A stretch of 64,000 bases of DNA from the human T2T-CHM13v2.0 reference genome, Homo sapiens: the NCBI RefSeq assembly GCF_009914755.1, contig NC_060926.1. One strand, written 5' to 3'. Each line of letters starts with the position of its first letter. The stretch's first letter is position 1. The translations under genes and the position numbers were made by a program. Under the pieces are notes generated by a model. That model had not been told where the DNA came from. It saw only the letters and a list, made by a program, of their open reading frames with translations, and searched no databases. Shown one piece after another: positions 46,180 to 58,599 of the stretch.

Positions 46180-47834
46180 ATCTATGAGTAGTAGGCAATG
46201 TTTGGCTAGATGATGCAAGGAACACGACTGTAAAATTAGAGGAAAAAAATTTGAGGAAGAAGCATGTGAGTGGGCCTCTCTGAATTGGAAAAACATGTAG
46301 GAATGTGCGTATCTGTATTTTACTGAAAGTTGAAATTCAAGAGAATTTTAATAATCAAGTGGATCAAGGATAGTCTGTCTGTGACTACCAATTAGCCTCT
46401 GTCCCAACCATCCCTGTCATTGACCAAAGGGTTCATGAACAAAATGGTGATGGTGGTTGGGCTGAAGGTTAAGCATGGGCTCACAAACATGGTCTTTCAT
46501 TCACCAAGTTTGACTAGACTACAGCTGCTCAGTTCCCAGTCTGCCAGCAGCAAGAACAATATTCATTCTTGATATAGCACCATTCCCTGTGGTAATAAGC
46601 CAGCTACCCAGAGGCATGTTGATGCTATTATACCACTTTTATAATGGAAAGGGTAGCATTTTGTTCTTACTGTAAGAGACACTTTGAACATAGATTTGTC
46701 TTCACTGCATGCAGTGCTTCTGCCAAAACCCCCATTCATGGACTGACAAAATACCTTGTTCAACATCATGGTTTTCCAATAGCATCGCTTCTGATCAAAG
46801 AACTCACTTCACAGGAAACAAGGTGCAGCAGTGTGCCCATGCTCATGGAATTCACTGGTCATACCATGTTCCCCATTATCCTGAAGCAGATGGCTTGATA
46901 GAATGGTGGAAGAGCCTTTTGAAGACTCAGTATAGTGACACCCAGGTGCCAATACCTTGCAAGGCTGAGGCAATGTTCTCCAGGAGGCCCTTTGCTCTAA
47001 AGCAGCATCCAGTATATGGTGTTGTTGCTCCCATAGCCAGGAATCATGAGTGTAGAAATCAATGGATGGAAATGGAAGTGGCAGTGATTTATTATCCTCA
47101 GTGATTTACCAGCAAAATTTTATGTTTCGTGCCCCTGTTGCTTTATTCTCTGCTGGTCTAGAGGTGTTAGTTCCAAAGAGAAGAATGCTCCACAAGAAGA
47201 CAGCAACAATGGTTCCACTGAATTCCCAATTAAGACTGCCTTTAGTCCACTTTGAATTCCTCATGCCCCTTAATCAACAGAAAAAAAAAATGAAGTTATC
47301 ATACTGTCTGGGGTAATTGATCCTCATTACCAAGACAAAACTGGACTGCTATGACATTAAGTAAAAAAGAGTATGTCTGGAATACCAGGGATCCCCTAGA
47401 CTGTATCTTAATAAGGTCAATGGAAAATAAAACAACCCAATTTAAGAAGGACTACTAATGGTCCAGATGCTTCAGAAATGAAAGTTGAAGTCACCCTACT
47501 AGGCAAAGAACCACGACAAACTGAGGTGCTTACTAAGGGCAGAAAATATATACAGTGAGTAGTGGAAGACAATAGTTATAAATAAAAGCTATGACTACAT
47601 GACCATTTGCAGAAACAACTATTATAAGTATTTTTCCTTATTTAATTATGATGTTTATGAGTATCTGTATATAAATGTATATATTTGTATATGTACGTGT
47701 GTGTGTATATCTTTGTTTTCTTCTCTCTCTTCCCTATTTCTTCCCTTCCCTCTTCTCTTTTATATCCTGTAACTTAGATACTATGATGTAAAGTTACAGA
47801 TACCTAAATACTATGATGTATAGTTAATATATCT

Positions 47835-48465
47835 TAACTGAAGAAAGAATTTGACCTGGGGGCATAAGGCAGAGTGAGAGACTAAGGCAAGTTTTCGATC
47901 AGGAATGAAAGTTTATTAAAGTTTTAGAGCAGAAACAAAAGGAAGTAAAGTGTACTTGGAAGAGCAGGAGTCTTGAGTGATCCAAGTGGGCTGTCTGACC
48001 TTTGACTTGGGTTTTTTTTTTTTTCATGTTGGGAGGCTTCCAGAGTCTTTCACTTCTTCTCCCTTGATTGTCCCCTTGGGGTGGGCATCTGCATGTGCAG
48101 TGGCCTGCCTGCTAGCACTTGAGAGAAGCTGCATGCTCAGTGCGTTTACTGAAGTTGTGCACCTGCTCACTTGAGGTGTTTTTCCCTTACCAGTTGAGAG
48201 TTCCTAGAGGAAGGTCATATACCAGCTAAACTGCCATTTTGCCTCTTAGTGCACATACTTGAGCCCACTCACAAAACTCCGGAGATCTTATTGGGAAGCT
48301 GCTGATCACTAGCTTTAGGGTTTTGTTTTATCTATTAGAAGACTACCTTTTCCTAGCACCAACTGCAACCAATTGTTATTTTAGAGAGATAATATTACTT
48401 GACATTCCTGATTGGAGGGGTCCTTTTCTGCTCTGCTCATGTCTGACTAACTACCTACTGTAACA
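47835..48465 (-). mobile_element. ERV1 LTR (MER50-like), 3' end truncated
   Basis: The minus strand starts TGTTACAGTAGGTAGTTAGTCAGACATGAGCAG, with aataaa on minus at ~47912-47917. Confidence 0.8.
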
Positions 48466-48989
48466 TTTCCAGTTCTCCTTCTTTGCCTTCCTCTACCTTA
48501 TTCCCCAACTGTCTATTATTTTCCAATAAATGTGGCTGTGTCATAGACTTATGAGATCTGAGTAAAAGGCAGTCTTTCTCCAAAGTACTAGAAATTGTTT
48601 ATGAGGACAGTGATCATCTCTACTATCCTGCATAGCTCCTCACTGTTCACTGGGATTAGTCAAATTGATTTTGTAAAGTGCTTCAGGCTCCTCAGAACTG
48701 TTATATAAATAGCACATAATATTTTAATCATGTATTGTTTTTGATAGGTCTTTTGCCCTGCAGGAGATCAGCTTCCTCCTAATTTCACCTGCCAAAAGAC
48801 GTTCATGACTTCTTTCCCTTTTCAGTTGTTTTTACTGTATTTGAAGACTAAGAAACCTACACACAAAATATTAGCACAAATACTATGCAATGATTAATGT
48901 ATATAAAACAAACTAAAACAATAAGCAAACAAACAAAAACCTTTTAAAGTTTTGTTTAATCATGAGCCCAGCATAAACCCATGAAAAGA

Positions 48990-49200
48990 AGGTTAGATCA
49001 GTCCACCTCAGGAACTACAAGCTTGACCTTATCATTGGAAGTGAGTCGGCGCTGACTTGCTACTTAACTCTGTGGGAATTGATAAGCCCGTTCATCTTGT
49101 AATTTTTTGTCTATTAAAAGGATGAATTAATGGTACAAATGTCTGTGAGGATCCAATGTTGCAGTATACGTGAATGCAGTTTGTAGATTTTACTATATAC
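48990..49200 (+). mobile_element. Decayed MIR
   Basis: ctgacttgctacttaactctgtg...tctattaaaaggatg...tgtgaggatccaatg...gtgaatgcagtttgta. Confidence 0.5.
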
Positions 49201-49304
49201 AAAATACTACTATGTGAAAAGTACCAAGGTTTGTCTCATTTTCCATTAAAGTATGGTTTATTTAGGGACCATATCTTCTAAGACATGTACTTAACATGTC
49301 CTAT

Positions 49305-49854
49305 TGTAACCAAGTGAAGTTCAGCTACTCACTGCTCAGAGGTAAGAACACGAGAAGTGAGGTATACTGAAAGGAAAGAAACATTATTCAAGTGCTAGCA
49401 GTTGGAAAATGGGCAGACTTGTGCCTCTGAAAGATCATTTCATATTTTGGGCTGGATAAGGGATTTAAGAAGGGAAACTCATTATGAGAAACATGCAGAA
49501 GTAGTATTGGATATAGGGTCTGCATATCTTGCTCCAATGTCTACCTTGAGTTATTGTCCACCTGGAGTGCAGGCTGGCTCCATCTCAGCACTGGCCAGGT
49601 TGTAGATTAACTCCCTTGAGGTAATCTCTAGATGGGAAGGATTTCTCAGCTGAGTCTCTGGGCCTGGTTCATTTCAAGATTAGCCCCTGGAATTTCTAAG
49701 CAAGCAGTTAATTAGATAAGCTGGCAGAGTGCAAGGAATGTCTAGTGGAAAGGGAGGAAAACCAAGAGTTTCAAAGTGTATTTTAAGGCTAAGACTAGAC
49801 AGAATTTTAAAAAAAGGTTTAAGATGCATTTTGAAGCTAAACTAGTCAGTTACA
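49305..49854 (-). mobile_element. ERV1 solo LTR (MER66-like)
   Basis: Inverted termini TGTAAC...GTTACA and a perfect 4-bp TSD CTAT (49301-49304 / 49855-49858). Confidence 0.85.
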
Positions 49855-49917
49855 CTATAGCCTTTATAGGAAAGTCAATTCTCAAGTGGGAAAAGATGAG
49901 TACATGTTTAAAACCCA

Positions 49918-50065
49918 TTATATATATTTGTGTGTGTGTATATATATTATATATATTATATTATATATAATATATATACACATATATAATATATTTTTTA
50001 AAAACATATATGCTTTAAAAATATATTGTATATATGCATATATAATGCAACATGCTTATATCATG
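49918..50065. repeat. (TA)n-rich microsatellite
   Basis: Seen directly. Confidence 0.9.
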
Positions 50066-52065
50066 TAAGCACAGAATAATACGTTTACAGTGTAGAAGCA
50101 GAAGACCGAAATCAAAATGCAAGAGCAAGTCCGAATAAAAAGCAACTCTTGCATCTTGATTTCAGTCTTGTGCTTCTAAATTGTAAAGGTATTATTCCGT
50201 GCTTACATGTTATAACCACTCTTAGAAAATGCCAGCAACACATCATCATATCTTTTTCCATATCATTACTTCTTAAATGTTGCACCATAATGATGTTGAA
50301 AAAGACATCATTACTACTACAAAGGTTGTATGCCACTAAGAACATTAAAAGATTACTGAGTAGATATGATTTTTATTTTCGTTATTATGCTGGTGTCAAC
50401 TAGAAAGTTTGATCAAGAATGTAATATTCAAATTACATATTTCAGAATTTTTTCATCAAATTATGTCATATGTTGCAATAATGCGCTGTTAAAACTTTCA
50501 AATATGTCCCTGTCTCTCTTTATAAAAATCTGGCCCAAAACAAGGGCTTCTGAAACTGTTTCTGAAAACCCGTCAAAATAATAAAAGACATGAGAACATT
50601 AAAAATACATTGGAATAAAAATACCTCTGGAATGAACATGTCATTTCTTCTCTAATCTTTTATTGCCATTAAATTGTAACATTGGTTGAATTTCAAATAC
50701 AATATGAGATCTCCTAAATTCAACTGTCATATTATGTTATTCTATGTGATTTTATGAGATGTTGTGTTAGCAAAGAATGGGAAAACACTGGATATAACTC
50801 AGAGTAGTATAAACTAGATAACATGATTTGACAACTGAAATTTAAAAGGGAAAGTAGGTACAGTAGTTTTAGATCAGATATCCCCCATCAAGTTGTAAAT
50901 CTAGTAGAAGTGAAGTATAAAAGTTGGGAAGGATATATTGCCAGGAAAACTGTAGATCAAAATGTGTTGTGTAGAGCAGTTTTAGGATACTTCTTATTTT
51001 TGAAAAATAATTTATCTCTTTAGGTGTTACAGTGTGTTATATATAAAAAAAAGCAACGTTAACTTTAACGATAGTATTATTAAACAACAATTAGAAACCA
51101 AATTCTTACTCTTGCACATTTTATCTTGGAGAAGAAAGCAAGATAAGATCTCTAGCTTTGAATAATAGATATTTTACATAGTAAAAACCTTCTCCAAATG
51201 AATACCCTTTTAAAAGTCATGATATTATTTTATTTAAATCATCAATATTCTGGGCATGGCTTACTTCACCAAAAGAAGATTCGTTCTTTACTGAAGCATA
51301 ATTACATTATCAGATATTAAGAAGAAGCCATAAACCACAAAATGGAAATCAACCCTCCAGTGGCCATTTCATACTTTGAAGATGATTGTATTTTAACATT
51401 TTTGTTGCCAACCACAGCAGTAGCATGCTAGAATGTGAAACTCAAGCTTCAACATCACTCTAACCTGAATAAAATGTAAATATATGAACACTAAATTGAA
51501 TAATCAATAATAGATTTTAGTCAGATAACCATCTCTTTGGTAGTAAGTGGCATATAGGCAAATCCATCTAAGCAAACTCCATCTTCATTAGTGTTGCGGT
51601 ATTGCAAGATATTTTAGAAACAAGAAGATATTTTCATGTTTTCCGTCCTTTGTTTTTAGTCTCCATTAAAAATTTGCAGCTATACTACCACTTTCTCTTC
51701 ATTTCCTATTCAGATTTGTAGGAATTCATTGAAAGAAATATCATTTTACAGATTAAATTAATGTTATTATAAAAAGCTTTAAAACTCAAACATATTTATG
51801 AGTCATGCTGAGAAAGACCTGTACTCAGTTACAATGATTAATACAAGTTGCCCAAGTTTTACAGATGAAATCACCACCATTTGCATATTTTGAGCAAGAA
51901 ACAGATAACTATAATTCTAAAAGAACAACAGAAGAAGCACTGTGCTACTGATGTATCTGTTGGGATGAGCTTGCTGTTGTATTGAGCAATGTCTTGCTTT
52001 TCAGTTTCATTCATCTGTGCTAGGCAAATTTAAAAGTATTGAAAACCAAGTGTTTGTGTATTTGA

Positions 52066-52696
<631 letters not shown>

Positions 52697-53003
52697 GTAT
52701 CAAAACTAAAATGATAATTTTGAAACATAATCAGCTATAACATCAAACTTCCAAACGTGTTATGTTTCTGTTACTTATATGGGAAGTACAAGATTCATGA
52801 TTCAAGAACTTAAACACTTGGAATTTACCATTTATTAGTTATGAGGGCTGGGGAGTACAAAATGTTTTTTAAAATGCAAACCATTATTTTCATCAGAACA
52901 AAACTTAAATTTTAGTCAAATCAGAAAAAAAGAAAAATAATGACAAAGTAAGCTAATGTTAATTGTTTGAATTTAGATGTAATTTTCGGTAATGTTTTGA
53001 GGA

Positions 53004-53115
53004 CAGTGGTTCTTAAATTTGGAGAGTTTTAAAAACCCTAATGCCTTACTTCCACTCTGGAGACTGCTTTAATTGATATGTGTAAGGCCCGGATATCAGT
53101 ATTTTTACTCAGCTA
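53004..53115. mobile_element. MER5-like hAT MITE fragment
   Basis: CAGTGGTTCTTAAA terminus and ttaattgatatg...ggcccggatatcagtattttt. Confidence 0.55.
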
Positions 53116-54509
53116 AAGGATATAATCTAAATTCCTACCCCATATGTGTTTACAGAAATGATACAGTGAAAAACAATGGTACCTCTGCCTCCTGGGTTCA
53201 ATCTTGTACTGCTACAAGATTCAAAAACAGGAAATAATTTTGTTTATATTATTTTGTAAAAAAGATAGTATATCAATATATTTAGAAATATTTGCAGCAG
53301 AAAAGACTGAAATGTTGGGAATGTCTCTGGCTAATTGAGACTTACTTATTAACAGAAACTGTTATCTATATTACTCTATTTACTTGGAATTACTGTTTGA
53401 TAGGTTTACTAGACTGAATTTCTGAAACAGTTTACATATGTGTTTTGTTTTATTTTTCAAATATGGCTAAGAATCTTAAAATTTACATAATACTATTATT
53501 GTAAATAATCTAATTATAATTTCTATATCTTAAGCAAAATACATTTTCAAGTTTAATCATGATAACATAAGAAAGAAAATTGCCATTTTAGAAATAGATG
53601 TCATTGTAATACAAATATTCTATACCTTGATCTTTTTACATACTTGTAGTTTATTTATAGGCTATATAAATCCTAATTCCAAGACAATTCTCTTTCTCTC
53701 TCTCTCTCAAAATAATAGGCATTAAAATTTTTGCTAAGTAGATTTAGCTGAATTTATTTGAATTAATTTTTTAAAATATATAAAATTATATGCAATTAAA
53801 TAATTATTTTCTCTGTATTTTTAGATTTAAAATTTTACTTGGATTTCACACAAAATTAATTCAAATGTTATAGTCTCCTCATCCTATTCTGTACATGTGA
53901 AAAATTAATTTTCTCTTCAAAGATACTACATTTCACTTTTCCTAGTTTGAAAAGCCTCACTATTTAAATTATCCCAAAGTGGGGTGCTCAATAAATTGAA
54001 GTCAACTTATTCTAAACATCCAGCTATTTCCTAAAGTTCTTCTACCCATTTTGACTTTCACTGCAGAATTTGGTAAGTATTGCATACATTTCCTTGTTGT
54101 TTTTACACCTTTTAAGAAGGAAAAAATTATTTGTCTGTTGATACCAGATATTAATACAAATATGATGATTGACTAAATTTTGAAATGTATTAGGATTTTC
54201 TCGCAGAACCCATACATGGCTTCTAGGATTATAGCTCTGTTGTTCAAATGCAATTGAGAATACAACAGTTTTGAGTACTATTTCCAAAGTAATGCATCTT
54301 GAAACTATGATGGTATTTTCTCCATAGGACTGTCAGTCAGTAGTAGCGATTGCGGCTGATGAATATGTTTACATCAAGACAGAAGGGCCTTTACTCTAAG
54401 TAACTGGATGATCTTGAATGACCATTTCTAGAACCCAATACCATATCCTTTGTCAAAAAGCACATAATTAAAATATCTGCTATCAAACCTGCAAATAGAC
54501 TTTGTGAAA

Positions 54510-56833
54510 ATGCACACATTTGTACCTGATGGGAAACATAACCTACCAAGACTGAATTATGAAAAAATAAAATATCTAAACAGACCAATGGGTAGTTCAG
54601 TTGAATCAGTGATTTTTAAAAATCTCCCATCAAAGAAAAGCCAAAAATCTTATGGCTTCACTGATAAATTCTACCAGAAATTTAAAGAGAACTAACACCA
54701 TTCCTTTTCAAATTCTTCCAAAAAAATTAAAGAAGAGAGAGCACTTCCAAACTCATCTTATAAGGCCAATATCACTCTGATACTAAAGCCAGACAAGAAC
54801 ACTATAAGAAAAGAAAATTACAGGCCAATATCCCTGATGGTCATACATTTAAACCTCCAACAAAATACTAGCAAATTAAATTCAATAGCACCTTGAAAGG
54901 ATCACACAGCATAATAAACTGGGATTTATTTCTGTGAAACAAGGGTGGTTCAACATTTGCAAATCAATAAATGTGATATGCTACATTAACAGAATACAAG
55001 AAAAATCACATGATAATTTTAGCTGATGCAGAAACAGCATTTGACAAAAATCACCATCCTTCATGATAAAAACTCTCAACAAATTACGTATAAAATGAAT
55101 GTACCTTAACACAACAAAAGCTGCATATGACAAGCCCGCAGCTCACATCACAGTCGATGGTGAAAAGCTGAAAACCTCTTATCTTAGATCAGGAAGAAGA
55201 CAAAGTTATCCATTCTCACCACTTCTATTCAATACAGTACTGGCAGTCCTAGCCAGGGAAATCAGACAGGAAAAAGAAATAAAAGGGGTCAAAATAGAAA
55301 AGGAATAATTAAATTATCTGTTTGCAGATGACATGATATTATATATAGAAAACTTTAAAGACTCCATCAAAAATCTATTAGAATTAACCAACAAATTCAT
55401 TAACGTTGTAAGATACAAAATCAACCTACAAATTTCAGTTGCATTGCTATATACTAACAACAAACTATTTGAACAAAAAATTAAGAAAATAATTCCATCT
55501 ACAATAGCATCGAAAAATACTAAAGTATCAATTTAACCAAGAAAGTAGAAGATATGTACACTGAAATATAAAAAGAAATCAAAGCACAAATAAATAGAAA
55601 GATATCCTATATTCATAGGTTCGAAGAATTGTCAAAATGTCTATATTGAAAGCAATCCGCTGATTCAACGCAATCGCTATCAAAATTCCAACGGAGTTTT
55701 TCACAGAAATAGAAAAAACAATACTAAAATTTGTGTGGAAGTATAACAGACTCCATGTACCTAATGCAATCTTGAGAAAGAAGAATAAAGCTGGAGACAT
55801 CACACTACCTGATTTCAAATTATATTACAAAGCTGTACTTATCAAGCAGTACAGCACTAGTATAAAAATAGACACATAGACCAATGGATTAAAATAGAAA
55901 GCACAGAAATAAACACACAGGTAGATGATCATCTAATCTGCAACAAAGGTACCAAGAATATACAATGGAGAAGGGATAGTTTCTTCAATAAGAAAACCAC
56001 ATTTTCATGTGAAAAAAAAATTGGTTCCTAATTTTATACTAGAGATGAAAAATCAACTCAAAATTGTTAAGGACTTAAATGTAAGACATGAATTGTAAAA
56101 CTCCTAGAAGAAAACAAGGAGAAGAGCTCCATGACATTGGTCTTGTGAATAATGTTTTTGGAGATGAAGTCAAAAGCACAGGCAACAAAAGAAAAAAATA
56201 AACAAGTGGGTCTACATCAAACTAAAAAGTTTGGACACAGCAAAGGAAATATTCAACAAAATGAAGAAGCAATCTATAAAATGGGAGAAAATATTTGTTA
56301 ACCATGCATATAATAAGGGATTAGTTAATATCCAAAATATATAAGGAACTCATACAATTCAATCTCAAAAAACAACCTGTTTGAAAATGGTTAAAGTACC
56401 TGTATAGACATTTTTACAAAGATGAAAATGTGTTCAACATCACCAATCATGAGGGAAATGCAAATCAAAATCACAATATCACCTCACACCTGTTAGGATA
56501 GCTATTATAAAAATGTCAAAAGATATCTAGGATTGATGAGGTTGTAGAGAGAAGGGAAACTTTATGCATTATTGGTAAAAATTAGTTCAGACATTATGGA
56601 AAATAGTATGAAGGGTCCTCAAAAAATTACGAACAACTACTGTATGATACAGTAATCTCACTTTTGTGTATATATTCAAAGGAAATAAAATCACTATCTC
56701 AAAGAAATTGCTGCAATTCCATGTTCATCATAACATTATCCACAATAGCTGACACATGGAAATAAGTTGTGTCTGCCGACAGATGAATGAATAAAGAAAA
56801 TGTAGTGAATATATATATCACTATATCTGTCTG

Positions 56834-56871
<38 letters not shown>

Positions 56872-57395
56872 AATCATCTATCTATCTATGGAATATTATT
56901 CAGCTATTAAAAAGAGGAAACTCCACCATTTGTGACAACATAGATTGACCTAGAGGATATTAAATAAAATATGCCAGACATAGAAAGACAAACACTTATG
57001 TTCTCACTTATATAAATGTGGAATCTAAAAAAGTCAAATTCATAGAAAGAGTGAGAGGAAGGGTGTTTACCAGGGCTCAGGGGGTGAGGTTAATGGGGAG
57101 ATGCTGGTCAATGTGTATCAACTTTTAGTTGTAAAGCAAGTAAGTCCCAGAGACTTAATGTACAGCATAGTGACTGTAATGAATAATATTACGCATTGCA
57201 TAGTTGAAATTTGCTAAGAGACTACATCTTAAGTATTCCTACAAGAAAAAAAGGTATTTACATGAGATAATTGATATGTTAATGAGCTTACCTTTGATAG
57301 TCATTTCACATTGTGTATATATAATATCATGTTCTACACCTTAGACAGATACAATTTTCATTGATCAGTCATATCTCAATATAACTGGGAGGAGA
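54510..57395 (+). mobile_element. 5'-truncated L1MA (L1MA8/9-like): ORF2 RT to 3'UTR
   Basis: ORF2 remnants (GFTDKFYQKFKE, PFSPLLFNTVLAVLAREIRQEKEIKG, tttgcagatgacatgat = FADDM) and an L1MA 3'UTR. Confidence 0.92.
56826..56889. repeat. (TCTG)n(TCTA)n tetranucleotide STR inside L1MA
   Basis: Seen directly. Confidence 0.95.
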
Positions 57396-58599
57396 AGGCA
57401 TATTTATTGTAACTACTCAGAAAGAGGGCAATTTGTAGTGGTTTTGTTTTGTGCTGTTTTGTTTTTCTGAATAAGACCAAAAGACAATCATATAGTAAAT
57501 AATTTTCTTGGGAATAAGTAGAAGCTTATATTTAAGATCTATAGTTAACTGGTTTTATTGTTGACCTAATAAAAAGGAAATGCTCAGGCATTCTGGAAGA
57601 GTAAACTTTAGATGGGTCAAATTTGTTCATATATTTTATAATGGAATACTAGCCTGAGGGGGCATTGTAATTATGTTATTATTTCCAGTAAATTTATCAT
57701 GCAAGTTTGGAGCTTGAATTTGGGAATATACAATAAATCCACAAAGTAATTAATCCAGTGTAATAAATTGTTTTGATATAACAAGATCGATGCTAACTTC
57801 TGTCCTCAGACCAGCTGTAGTTTTCAGTCTAGGAAAGTGAAAGTTCTTCACTGCTGGGATGGAAGTAAAGAGGTAGTTGGAGGAAATGGCCAGCACAGCA
57901 GGAAAACAATAGGAAGCTCCACCCCAGGAAGGAATGAAAGGCAGAGGTTAGCCCTGTAGCTCCAGTGTTCTACCCAAATCCTTCCTTTTCAGAATATAAG
58001 CAATTAACCAGAAGACCCCTGAAATCACTAACACTGTTTATATGCTCCAGTAAGCCACAGAACCAACAATCTCCTCTAATACTATTGAAGCTGAAGCTGA
58101 CAAGTACCACAGGGTGGGACCACAATGCATTTGGGACATGAAAGAATTGGAATCTCAACCACACTCAAAGACACCCTCAACTATTGCACAGGATCACTTC
58201 AATTATGCTCTTTATAATACAATGTCCATTTTAGACAATTGAATTTTCAGACTCCCTTTACTGTGAAGTTTTACTGCATATATCAACTAAAACCAAATTC
58301 TGTAAGCTGTACTACCTGAGAAGCCAATATCATTTAGAGACAAAGGGTATTAGCTAATATAAGGAAACTACATAGATGACAGATTGCTCTGGAAATCACC
58401 TGATGACTTACCCATCCAGTGAAAATGAATTACAATATTTGGGTCAACCTGCCCCCAGAGGAAAAGCTAAAAAACAAACAAACAAAAAACAAACCCCACC
58501 AAAAGAAGCCAAAAAACCCACATTTGACCAATTTTTTTTTCTTAAAAATATCAAAGAGATAATAAGATGGCCAAAATAAAGGAGAAAATGAAAACCTGG

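Larger units (their letters stand above)
41335..47800 (+). mobile_element. ERV-L internal region with degenerate gag, pro/pol (RT, RNase H, IN) and dUTPase. No 3' LTR.
   Basis: Fragments VISPVPECVIGIN...SWQNPHI and KWKPLQL. RT motif decayed to VHNIGDIM (~43952-43975). IN: IASDQRTHFT, HWSYHVPHYPEADGLIE. dUTPase: SAGLEVLVPK. Many stops and frameshifts. Confidence 0.92.

Noticed and set aside
41335-47400. ERV-L as an intact or domesticated retroviral gene
   Set aside because: The longest ORF is ~131 aa, the RT YIDD motif has decayed to NIGD, and three nested insertions interrupt the region.
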